This document shows, piece by piece, positions 12,051 through 23,825 of a stretch of DNA of 64,000 nucleotides (the stretch's first letter is position 1; every line of letters starts with the position of its first letter). Below the pieces are notes generated by a model. The model saw nothing but the letters and a program-made list of their open reading frames with translations. It was not told the DNA's origin and searched no databases. The DNA lies in assembly GCA_015680685.1 (NCBI GenBank), contig MNCI01003186.1, forward strand, positions 833,570-897,569, written 5' to 3'. The position numbers were made by a program, and so were the translations under genes. The stretch comes from Gnetum montanum (taxonomy: Eukaryota > Plantae > Gnetophyta).

Positions 12051-12715
12051 GGAGACCAAATTTATAAGGATGTAGGATGGTTTGGCTAAACTCAACATAA
12101 TCAAAATATATAGAGGGAGGTAGACTGACTCCACAGGGATGCACTTTTAGAAGAAGAAAAGTGCATCTTAGGCCATCATGGATGCACTTTCAGGTGATGC
12201 TAAGTGAAATCCTAGTCTTAACGGATGCACTTTCAAGTGATGCTAAGTGCATCCTAGGCTATCACGAATGCACATTTAGGTTTGATTATGAGTGCATCCG
12301 TGACCTTCATGAGTATGCCTCAAGGAAGTCACTCTCATAGAGAACACTTTCTAAGAGGATTTTCCTCCCTAAGCATGCCCTCAGGTAGACCACTCTTAGG
12401 GAGGCCTTCCTTAGGAAAAGTGCCTTAATGAGGGTGCTCTCATGGAGAGCTCTCTTAGATGTGCAGCACAACATGCTTTCAAGGAGGATGCTCCTCAAGG
12501 AAATACTACCACGTACATAGTGCAAGGCACTCCTAGAGAGAGCACTCTGACAAGCTCTACATAAGGCACTCTCTATAGAGTGCTCATGTTATTGCAACTA
12601 TGTGTTGTGCTCCCATGGAGAGTGCTCTCTTATGTTGTGCATGTGAGAGTACTCTCTTCAGAGGTGTTTCATGTTGGGAACATGAGAGTGCTCTTCTTGA
12701 GCTAGTCCTTCACAA

Positions 12716-12785
12716 GAAAATTTATAATGATGCAGGACGATATGGCTAAAACTAGTCTAATCAACATATATAGGGGGAGTAGAGT
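12716..12785 (+). promoter_or_regulatory. Candidate RNA Pol I gene promoter / transcription initiation site, unit 1
   Basis: TATATAGGGGG at 12767-12777 matches the plant Pol I initiation consensus. It is the last promoter cassette before the ETS repeats. Confidence 0.6.
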
Positions 12786-13123
12786 TGACGACTGGTTTTA
12801 GGGATAGAGTGATATGTGGTTTTCTCCCCCAAGGATGTCTTTCCCTACCTAGGATATTTCAGCCTTTTTGTTCATGTCTGTGACTCACGAGCCTTGTTGC
12901 GAAGAAGGATAACCCTAGAGAAGGTGGTGTCCATGTTTACAATTTTGGATAAAAGGCTTGAAGCATTGCAAGCATGTTCTATGTGGTTGGTTGGCTAGGA
13001 TTCCTAGGAACCCAAAGAAGCAGGTTTGGCTAGCTTGCAATGTAACGATCCTAAAAGTTCTTGCACACATTTTAGAATCCTGTTTGCAAGATGGATGCAT
13101 CAAGTGAATGGGACATCAAGATT

Positions 13124-16100
13124 GATGGCTCTACGAGATTGAAAGATCCTCTCTAAAAAGATATTAGATGATTTCATGCAAATGGTTGCATTGATTTTGT
13201 GTGGTTGAGGTAGTAGAGCATCTTGATGCACCCATGGGTTAGCATCAGGTGCATGCTCTCTCTACCTTATCATCGATTTGATCTCTTAGTAGTGCATGGG
13301 TGGTAGTTGTGAGTTCACTTGGATGTGCCAAGGAATGAAGAGCATGTACACTCTCTTGTTGTCCATTCACTTGTAGGTGCCTTGATATTCATTGTGGACC
13401 ATGGGTTCTAATATTTGGGTGATTATTTTGTGGTTGTTCCATCTCAAAAATAAGCATTCGTGGACTAAAAAACTTATGTTGCACCTTCTCTTGGAGTAAC
13501 TTGTCAAGTTTGAGTGCATGCTCAACCTTGGCAGTAAGTTCTCCAAGGGTTAGAAGCAGTCGGATGGATGTTTCAGGCTCATGCCTCGAAAATCTATTGT
13601 TTTGACTACTAGACACTCTGTCTCTAGGTTTCATGAATGAGTTTTCGATTGTGTGGTCACTTAACTTCGAATTTGGGTATCACGAAGCCTACATCTTGTG
13701 AGCCCTATTTCTTTATCCTTGGGTGTGATTCTTCAAGAAGTTGAAATATTTAAGCCACCACTAATGGCTATACAGGATTGAAAGCTCCCATATGAAAATG
13801 ATATCAGTTGATTTTGTGTAAATGGTTGCATTAATTTGGTGTAGTTGATGTAGTAGAGCATCTTGATGCCCTCATGGGGTAGCATCAGGTGCATGCTCTC
13901 TCTACCTTATCACCAATTTGATCGCTTAGTAGTGCATGGGTGGTATTTGTGAGTTCACTTGGACATGCCGAGGAATGAAGAGCATGTATGGTCTCTTTTT
14001 CTCCATGCACTTGTAGGTGCCTATAAGGAATTGAAAGATCCCATCTGAAAATGATATTAGATGATTTTGTGTAAATGGTTTCATTTATTTGGTGTGGTTG
14101 ATGTAGTAGAGTATCTTAATGCCCTCATGGGGTAGCTTCAGGTGCATGCTCTCTCTACCTTATCACCAATTCAATTGCTTTGTAGTGCATGGGTGGTAGT
14201 TGTGAGTTCACTTGGACATGCCAAGGAATGAAGAGCATGTATGCTCTCTTGTTCTGCATGCACTTGCTAGTGCCTCACTGTTCATTGCGAATCATGGGTT
14301 CTGATATTCAGGTAACCATTTCATGGTCATTTCATCTCAAAAATAAGCTTTTTTAGATTCAAAGACTTATGTTTCACCTTCCCTTGGAGTAACTTGTCAA
14401 GTTTGAGTGCATGCTCAACATCCAAGTAAGTTCTCTGAGGGTTAGGAGTAGTTGGAAAAATGTTTCAAGCTCATACTTTGAAAATCTGTTGTTTTGACTG
14501 CCAGACACTCTATCTCTAGGTTTCATGAAGGAGTTTTTGGTTGTGCAGTTACTTAATGGTAAATTTGGGTATCTGGAAGCCTACATCCTATGAGGCTTCA
14601 TTCTTTATCCTTGGGTGTGATTTTTTAGGATGTTGTAATATTTGAGCCATGACTGATGGCTCTATGGGATTGAAAGATCCCATTTGAAAATGTTATCAGA
14701 TGATTTCATGTGAATGGTTGCATTGATTTTGTATGCTTGAAGTAGTAGAGCATCTCGACACTACCACGGGTTGTGTCAAGTGCATGCTCTCTCTACCTTA
14801 TCACTGATTCGATCACTTAGTAGTGCATGGGTGGCAGTTGTGATTTCACTTGGACATGCTAAGGAATGAAAAGCATGTATGCTCTCTTCTTTTGCATGCA
14901 CTTGCAGGTGCCTCACTATTCATAGTAGATCATGGATTTTGATATTTGGGTCATTGTTTCATGGTCGTTCCATCTCGAAAATATGCTTTCGTGGATTCAA
15001 AGGCTTACATTTCACCTTTCCTTGGAGTAACTTGTCAAGTTTGAGTGCATGCTCAACCTTGAAAATAAGTTCTCCAAGGGTTAGGAGTAGTCAAATGGAT
15101 GTTTTAGGCTCATGCCTCAAAAATATATTATTTTGACTACCAGACACTTTGTCCCTAGGTTTCATGAAAGAGTCTTTGGTTGTGCGGTCACTTAACGATA
15201 AATTCATGTATCTGGAAGCCTACATCCTCTGAGGCCTATTTCTTTATCCTTGGGTGTGATTGTTTAGGATGTTGCAATATTTGAGCCACAATTGATGGCT
15301 CTATGGGATTGAAAAATATCATCTAAAAACTATATCAGATGATTTCATGCAAATAGTTACATTGATTTGGTATGGTTGAGGTAGCAAAGCATCTTAATGT
15401 CCCCATGGGATAGAATCAGGTGCATGCTCTCTCTACCTTATCATTGATTCAATCACTTAGTAGGGCATGGATGGTAGTTGAAAGTTCACTTGGATGTGCC
15501 AAGGAAAGAATAGCATGTATGCTCTCTTGTTCTCCATGCACTTGTAGGTGCCTTGCTGTTGATTGTGGATCATGGGTTTTGATATTTGTATGACCAGTTC
15601 ATGGTCATTCCATCTTGAAAATAAGATTTCATGGATTCAAAGACTTACATTGAACCTGTTAGAGTAACTTGGTGAGTTTGCACTCATACTCAACCTCCGT
15701 AGTAAGTTCTCCAAGGGTTACCAGTAATCGGATGGATGTTTCAGGCTCATGCCTTAAAAATCTATTGTTTTGACTAATAGGCACTCTATCTCTAGGTTTC
15801 ATGAAGGAGTTCTTGGTTGTGCAGTCACTCAATGCCAAATTCAGGTATCTAGAAGCCTATATCCTGTGAGGCTTGTTTCTTTATCCTTTGGTGTGATTGT
15901 TCAAGAAGTTGAGATATTTAAGCCACCATTGATGACTATATGAGATTGAAAGATCCCATCTAAAAATGATATCAGATGATTTTGTGTAAATGGTTGCATT
16001 GATTTGGTGTGGTTGATGTAGTAGAGCATCTTGATGCCCTCATGGGGTAGTGTCAGGTCCATGCTCTCTCTAACTTATCATCAATTCGATCACTTAGGAG

Positions 16101-18870
16101 TGCATGGGTGGTAGTTGTGAGTTCACTTGGACATGCCATGGAATGAAGAGCATGTATGCTCTCATGTTCTATATGCACTTGCAAGTGCCTCACTATTCAT
16201 TGCGGATCATGGATTCTAATATTCGAGTAACCATTTCATGATAATTTCATCTCAAAAATAAGCTTTTATGGATTCAAAGACTTATGTTTTAACTTCCCTT
16301 GGAGTAACTTGTCAAATTTGAGTGCATGCTCAACTGCTGTAGTAAGTTCTCTCAGGGTTAGGAGTAGTTGGACAAATGTTTTAGGCTCATGCCTTGAAAA
16401 TCTATTTTTTTGACTACTAGACACTCTGTCTCTAGGTTTCATGAAGGATTTTTTAGTTCTGCAGTCACTTAATGCCAAATTCAGGTATCTGGAAGCCTAC
16501 ATCCTATGAGGCTTCATTCTTTATCCTTGGGTGTGATTTTTGAGGATGTTACGATATTTGAGTCACCACTGATATATCTATGGGATTGAAAGATCTTGTG
16601 TGAAAATGTTATCGGATGATTTCGTGTGAATGGTTGGATTGATTTGGTGTGGTTGAGGTAGCATAGCATCTCAAAACTACCACATCTTGTATCAGGTGCA
16701 TGCTCTCTCTACCTTATCACCAATTTGATCACTTAGTAATGCATGGGTGGTAGTTGTGATTTTACTTGGACGTGTTGAGGAGTGAAAAGCATGTATGCTC
16801 TCTTATTTTGCATGCACTTGTGGATGCCTGATTGTTCATTACAGATCATGGATTTTGATATTTGGGTGACCATTTCATGGTCATTCCATCTCTAAAATAT
16901 ACTTTCGTGGATTCAAAGGCTTACGTTTTACCTTCTCTTGGAGTAACTTGTCAAGTTTGAGCACATGCTCAACCTCGACAGTAAGTTCTCCAAAAGTTAG
17001 GAGTAGTCGAATGGATGTTTTAGGCTCATGCCTTGAAAATCTATTGTTTTAACTGCCAGACACTTTGTCCTTGGGTTTCATGAAGGATTTTTTGGTTGTG
17101 TAGTCACTTAATGCTAAATTTAGGTATTTGGAAGCCTACATCCTCTGAGGCCTATTTCTTTATTCTTGGGTGTGATTGTTCAGGATGTTGCAATATTTGA
17201 GACACCACTGATGGCTCTATAGGATTGAAAGATCCCATCTAAAAACTATATCAGATGATTTCATGCAAATGGTTACATTGATTTGGTGTGGTTGACGTAG
17301 CAAAGCATCTTAATGTCTCCATGGGGTAGCATCAGGTGCATGCTCTCTCTACCTTATCACTGATTTGATCACTTAGTACCGCATGGGTGGTAGTTGCAAG
17401 TTCACTTGGATGTGCTAAGGCATGAGGAGCATGTATGCTCTTTTGTTCTCCATGCACTTGCAGGTGCCTTGATGTTGATTGCAGATCATGGGTTCTGATA
17501 TTTAGCTAACCATTTTGTGGTCATTCCACCTTGAAAATAAGATTTTGTGGATTCAAATACTTACATTGCACCTTCACTTGGAGTAACTTGTCAAGTTTGA
17601 GCTCATGCTCAACCTCCCTAGTAAGTTCTCCAAGGGTTACCAGCAGTTGTATGGATGTTTTAGGCTCATGCCTCGAAAATCTCTTATTTTGACTACTAGA
17701 CACTCTATCTCTGGGTTTCATGAAGGATTTTTTCATTGTGTGATCATTTAATGCCAAATTCAGGTAATTAGAAGCCTACATCCTATGAGGCTTGTTTCTT
17801 TATCCTTGGGTGTGATTGTTTAGGATGTTGCAATATTTGAGCCACCACTCATGGCTCTATGGGATTGAAAGATCCCATCTAAAAATGATATCATATGATT
17901 TCATGCGAATGGTTGCATTGATTTAGTGTGGTTGAGGTTGAAGAGCATCTTGATGCCCCCAAGGGATAGTGTTAGGTTCATTCTCTCTCTAACTTATCAC
18001 TGATTTAATTACTTAGTTGCACATGGGTGGTAGTTGCAAGTTCACTTGGATGTGCCGAGGAATGAAGAGCATGTACTCTCTATTGTTCTCCATGCACTTG
18101 TAGGTGTCATGCTATTCAGTGGATCATGGGTTCTAATATTCGGGTAACTTTTTCATGGTTGTTCCATCTTGAAAATAAGCTTTCATGGATTCAAAGACTT
18201 ATGTTGCACCTTCCCTTCGAGTAACTTGTCAATTTTGAGCACATGCTCAATGTCAGCATAAGTTTTCCAATGGTTAGGATCAGTCAAACGGATGTTTCAG
18301 GCTCATTACTTGAAAATCTATTATTTTGACTACTAGACACTCTATCTCTGGGTTTCACAAAGGAGTTTTCTATTGTGCGATCACTTAATGCTGAATTCGG
18401 GTATCTAGAAGCCTACATCCTATGAGACCTATTTCTTTATCCTTCGGTGTGATTGTTCAAAATTTTGTGATATTTGAGCCACCACTGATGGCTCTACGAG
18501 AATGAATGATCCTCTCTAAAAATGATATTGTATGATTTTGTGTAAATGGTTTTATTGATTTATTATGGTTGAGGAAGCAGAGCATCTTGATTCCCCCCTA
18601 GGGTAGTGTCAGGTGCATGCTCTCTCTACCTCATCACTAATTTGATCACTTAGTAGTGCATGGATGGTAGTCGCAAGTTCACTTGGACATGCCCAGGAAT
18701 GAAGACAGTGTACGCTCTCTTTTTCTTCATGCACTTGCAGGTGCCTTGCTATTCATTGTAGATCAGGGGTTCTAATATTTAGGTGACCATTTTATGTGGT
18801 TAAGGTAGTAGAGCATCTTAACGTCCCCATGGGATAGCATCAAGTTCTTGCTCTTTCTCCCTTATCACCG
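13124..18870 (+). repeat. ~640-bp tandem repeat (about 8 full + 2 partial copies) in the putative 5' ETS
   Basis: Marker GATGGCTCTAYGGGATTGAAAGATCC near 13124, 13764, 14020, 14655, 15294, 15931, 16571, 17210, 17851, 18488. Confidence 0.92.
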
Positions 18871-18891
18871 ATTCTCATTGGTTTATAGTGG

Positions 18892-19935
18892 GTTGCATTG
18901 CTTGGATGCATCCCCCATCCTAGTGGTTGGATAGAAAGAGGATGGAAATGTCCTTACACTCAAGGAGAATGTGATTTTGAAGAGGTCCCTACAACTGATC
19001 TTCATTTTTCATTCATAATTTGATAATAGTGTCATGTTTCCTAAGATGGCACATGTTTTCTATTGTTTCGTTGAGATGAGATGAGATTTGAACCATGTTT
19101 TGAGCAATGCTTCATAGTGTTTGCATTGTTGGGATGCATTCCCCATCCTGATGGTTAGATAGAGAGAGGATGGAAATGTCCTTGTCCTTGAGGAGAATGT
19201 AATTTCGAAGTGTTTCCTACAGTTGGTCTTCATTTGGCATTCATAATGTGATGATGGTTGCATGTTCCTTAGGATAGCACATGTTCCCTCTTGTTGCATT
19301 GAGATGAGATTTGAACCACGTTCTGAGTGTTGGTTCAAAGTGGTTGCATTGTTGGGACACATGTCTCACCTTGATGCTTGAATAGAAAGAGGATGGAAAC
19401 ATCCTCTCCCCTGAGGAGAATGTGATTTCGAAGTGGTGCCTATGGCTGATCTTTGTTTGGCATTGATAATGTGACAATAGTTGCATGTTCCTCAGTACAA
19501 CATATGTTCCATCTTGTTGTGTTGAGATGAGATTTAAACCATGTTTTGAGTATTGGTTCATAGTGGCTGCATTGCTAGGATGACATCCCTCACCATGGTG
19601 GTTGAATAGGGAGACGATGGAAATGCCATTTCCCTCAAGGAGAATGTGATTTCGAAGTGGTTCCTACAACTAATCTTCATTTGGCATTCATAATGTGATG
19701 ATAGTTGCATGTTCCTTGGTAGGGCATATGTTCCCTCTTGTTGCATTGAGATGAGATTGGAACCACATTTTGAACAATGTTTTATAGTGGTTGTGTTTCT
19801 AGGACACATCCCTCACCTTGATGGTTGGATAGTGAGGATGGAAACGTTTTGGCCCTCGAGGAGAATGCAATTTCAAAGGGGTGCCTATGACCAATTTTTG
19901 TTTCACATTTGTAATGCTGATGATGGTTGCATGTA
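18892..19935 (+). repeat. ~224-bp tandem repeat x5 (5' ETS)
   Basis: GTTGCATTG.TGGGA...GGATGGAAA...GGAGAATGTGATTTCGAAG near 18892, 19120, 19343, 19566, 19790. Confidence 0.88.
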
Positions 19936-20681
19936 CGTTTTGATGGCACATGGCTTATGTTATGATGCAAAAAACACCTTTGGCATTAGTTCATAGTTGG
20001 TTTTATGTTGCTAGGATGCATCTCCTATTTTGTAGGATGTTATAGCAGTCGAGCAGGTGCAAACGGATGCATCGATTTTGTGTGGTTGAGGTAGCAAAGC
20101 ATCCTAATTCCCCCATAGGGTATTGTCAGGTGCATGTTTCCTTTTCCTAATCATGAATTCGACCACTCAATAGCATGTAGGTGGTAGATGCGAGTTCATG
20201 TGCACATACTAGGGAATGAAGAGGACTCAAGTTCTCTTGTCCTTCATGCATGTTCACATGCCTCATTCCTTAGTGGATGCACTAAGGTGGCCTTGGATGG
20301 TGTGGCATGTGCTACTTCCTATGTGAAACTTTGTTCTCACAAAGAAGCATTTTTGAGGAAGCATTCTTAGGTCCAATTATCCTATTGGCTATGTTGAAAC
20401 CTGTAGGTGTACCTCGATGTCTAGTGTTTGTGTAGAAATGCTAGATGATGTAGGTAGTAAGTTGTGCACTTGTGTGACACCCTTGGCACTTTCATGTCTG
20501 TGGTCGAGAGCAAGGTTACGTTTGTCACTGGTTGCATTGCCGCACTTCCTGGGCATGCAATTGTGCAAACCAAGGAATGGTGGACATGAAAGATGCTGTG
20601 CAAAATCAGTGTGGGGAGGGGCGTTCATGCCTATTGAGTAAGGAAGGATGACGATGCCCACCTCATGGGTGCCCATAGCAT

Positions 20682-22493
20682 TACTTGCTTGATCTTGCTA
20701 GTAGTCATATGCTTGTCTCAAAGATTAAGCCATGCATGTCTAAGTATGAACTACTTCAAATAGTGAAACTGTGGATGGCTCATTAAATTAGTTATAGTTT
20801 CTTTGATGGCACCTTACTACTCAGATAACCATAGTAATTTTAGAGCTAATATGTGCAGAAAATCCTAACTCTCAAAAGGGATGCATTTATTAGATAAAAG
20901 GTTGATGCAATCTTGCTCATTTTCTTGGTGAATCATGGTAATTGAACAGATCGCACAACCCTTGTGCTAGTGATGCTTCATTCAAATTTCTTCCCTATCA
21001 ACTTTTGATGGTAGGATAGAGGCCTACCATGGTTGTGATAGGTGATGGAGAATTATGGTTCGATTATGAACATGGAGCTTGAGAAACGGCTACCACATCC
21101 AAGGAAGGTAGTAGGTGTGCAAATTACCCAATCTTGACATGGGGAGGTAGTGACAATAAATAACAATACTGGGCTCATTGAGGGAGGTAATTAGAATGAG
21201 TACAATTTAAACCCATTAACAAGGATCCACTGGAGGGAAATTTTGGTGCTAGCAGCCATAGTAGTTATACCTCCAATAGTGTATATTTAAGTTTTTGTAG
21301 TTAAAAAGCTCATAGTTGGATCTTGGGATGGGGTGGTTGATCCATCGATTTGGTGTGCATGAACTACTCTATTCCTTCTATCAACAATGTGGTCCTAACC
21401 TTAATTAGCTGGGTCATAGCTCTAACGCTGTTACTTTTTAAAAATTAGAGTGTTCAAAGCAAGCCTATGCTCTAAATACATTAGCATGGAACAACGTCAT
21501 AGGATTTTGATCTTGTTGTGTTGGCCTTCAGGATCAAAGTAATGATTAATAGGGACTGTTGGGGGAATTTTTATTTCATTGTCAAAGGTGAAATTCTTGG
21601 ATTTATGAAAGATGAACTACTACAAAAGCATTTATCAAGGATGTTTTCATTAATCAAGAATGAAAGTTGGGGGCTCAAAGATGATTAGATACCATCCTAG
21701 TCTCAACCATAAATGATGCCAACTAAGGATCGGTGGATGTTTCTTTTAGGACTTTGTCAACACCTTTTAAGAAATTAGAGTGTTTGGGTTCTAGGGGGAG
21801 TATGGTTGCAAGGTTGAAGCTTAAAGGAATTGATGGAAGGGCACCACCAAGAGTGGAGCCTACAACTTAATTTGACTCAACATGGGAAAACTTACTAGGT
21901 CCATACATAGTAAGGATTGATAGAGTGAAATCTCTTTATTGATTCTATGGGTGGTGGTGCATGGTTGTTCTTAGTTAGTGGAGTGATTTATTTAGTTAAT
22001 TCCATTAATGAATGAGACCTTAGCCTACTAACTACCTATGTGGTGGTACACCCTTCATGGATAGCTTCTTAGAGGAACTATGGTCACTCAGGCCATGGAA
22101 GTTTGAGGCAATAATAGGTCTATGGTGTTCTTAGATGTTTTAGGCTACATGCACACTACTTTGATGCATTCAGTGAGCTTCTTTTCCTAGGCCAAGGATC
22201 AGGAAATCTTGTAAAAATGGATTGTGATAGGGATAGATCTTTTCAATTATCAGTCTTCAATGAGGAATTCCTAGTAAGCGTGACTCATCATCTCACATTG
22301 AGTATGTCTATGCATTTTGTACATACCAACTATCACTCCTACTAATTAAAAAATTTGATGAAATTTTTTTATTATAGTGATGATGATGGTTTCGCCATCA
22401 TTGACATCGTGAGAAGCTCATTGAACCTTATCATTTAGAGGAAGGATAAGTCGTAACAAGGTTACTATAGATGAACTTGTGGTAGGATCATTG
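20682..22493 (+). rRNA. 18S rRNA pseudogene, unit 1 (full length, deaminated)
   Basis: Starts TACTTGCTTGATCTTGCTAGTAGTCATATGCTTGTCTCAAAGATTAAGCCATGC and ends GTCGTAACAAGG...GGATCATTG. Universal motifs carry many C>T/G>A changes. Confidence 0.96.
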
Positions 22494-23384
22494 ATGCACA
22501 CATGCTTTTGTCTCACTGGTTATGGTCTTGTGTTTCCATTGTAGTGACAAAGAATGCTTGGGGAACCTCATGTGAGACATTCATGATAGTGGTACTATTC
22601 TAGGACAAGACTTCATGCAATGCTTGTGGGAAGAGTGTGCACTTGGAGGGGGTGTGAGAGATTGCGTCTGAATTACACCTTGCATGTTTGACAAATCAAT
22701 GCCCCAAAGGGTACAACATCACCCAGGTAGATTTCAAGGAAAAAAAGGGGATCAATCTAGAGCATTCGAAGGAGGAGGATTAGGTTCCCTCCTGATAGAT
22801 AGGGAGATGTTCATTTCAAGAGTGGCAACCTGCAAATAGAGCATCTATACCTTGGTGAGAAAATCATGGTGGTTCTTGAGCTCTACATTTGTAGTTATGA
22901 GTGTGTCAAAAATATCTTTAAAAATAAGAGGCTAGATGCGAGGGGAACATATGAGGGCCACTCTTTTTTTCCCAACCATCTAGGTCCATGAACATATGGA
23001 CACATAGGAGAGAGGGGATAAGACATGATGGCTGGGTGTAGTTCTCTTTTCCTATCACACGTGTTCTAGGTGAATGGCTGTCCTCAGCCTCTGGGTTCTA
23101 GAGTACATCATTGGTTTGGGAAAATGTGGGGTAGTTAGGGGCATTACACCAAATAGTTGTAGTGTTGGTGCTTCATGGGTTCTTGTCCTGCCCATCTATG
23201 GTTGTGTAGTAGGGTTGTTGTTCGAGAGGGTGGTCACCCCCCTTGTCTACATGTTGATGTTGGTTGCATCCATCAGGTGCCACCTACTTCTCTTTCCAAA
23301 ATGCAAGGGTGTGAGTGACATTAAGAATGCGATGAATGTCCACTATGTCATTGCAATGGTCAACTAGGTTTTGTGACCCCAACC
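22494..23384 (+). other. ITS1 of unit 1 (~890 bp)
   Basis: Lies between the 18S end and 5.8S start; homologous to 49137-50038. Confidence 0.88.
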
Positions 23385-23540
23385 ACGACTCTTGACAATG
23401 GATATCTTGGCTCTCGTTTTGATGAAGAACATAGTGAAATGTGATACTTTGTATGAATTGCAAAATCCTATGAATCATCAAATATTTGAATGCAAGTTAT
23501 GCTTAAGGCCTAGGATAAGGGCATGTTTTCCTGGGTGTCA
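23385..23540 (+). rRNA. 5.8S rRNA pseudogene, unit 1
   Basis: ACGACTCT...GGATATCTTGGCTCTCG...GATGAAGAAC...GAATTGCAAAATCC...CCTGGGTGTCA. Confidence 0.93.
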
Positions 23541-23825
23541 TGAAGATCCTATGGTGCACCCTCTTCACCTTGTGTGAGGGGGCAATGGATGTGTTCATCT
23601 GTGTCTCCCAAGGTGTAGTCAACTGACAGTTGGTATCATTCGTATTTTCTTGCTTCTCCCTGAATGGATCAATGGATGGTGGTGGTAGTCTCTATGTTCC
23701 CTGCACTAAGCACACATGAGGTACATTGGCACCCTTCCCACACTTCTCCTTTGTGTAGTGCAGGACTGTGGGATCGACGATTCCAAGGGGTGATGTTTCC
23801 CCTTTGCATCACGCATAGGAGGGGT

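Larger units (their letters stand above)
8341..20681 (+). other. 35S rDNA intergenic spacer / 5' ETS of unit 1 (5'-truncated)
   Basis: Colinear with the IGS at ~34000-47323 upstream of the second 18S, with the same order of subrepeat families. Confidence 0.85.

Noticed and set aside
13480-13560. Faint resemblance of part of the 640-bp monomer to reverse-complement 5S rRNA (linked 35S-5S arrangement)
   Set aside because: Only two short patches with wrong spacing and no 120-bp colinear match; no 5S gene seen in either IGS. An Infernal RF00001 scan would settle it.
13389-17757. Recurring minus-strand ORFs MKPRDRVSSSQ...
   Set aside because: Same frame of the 640-bp repeat, broken in most copies, with no recognisable domain
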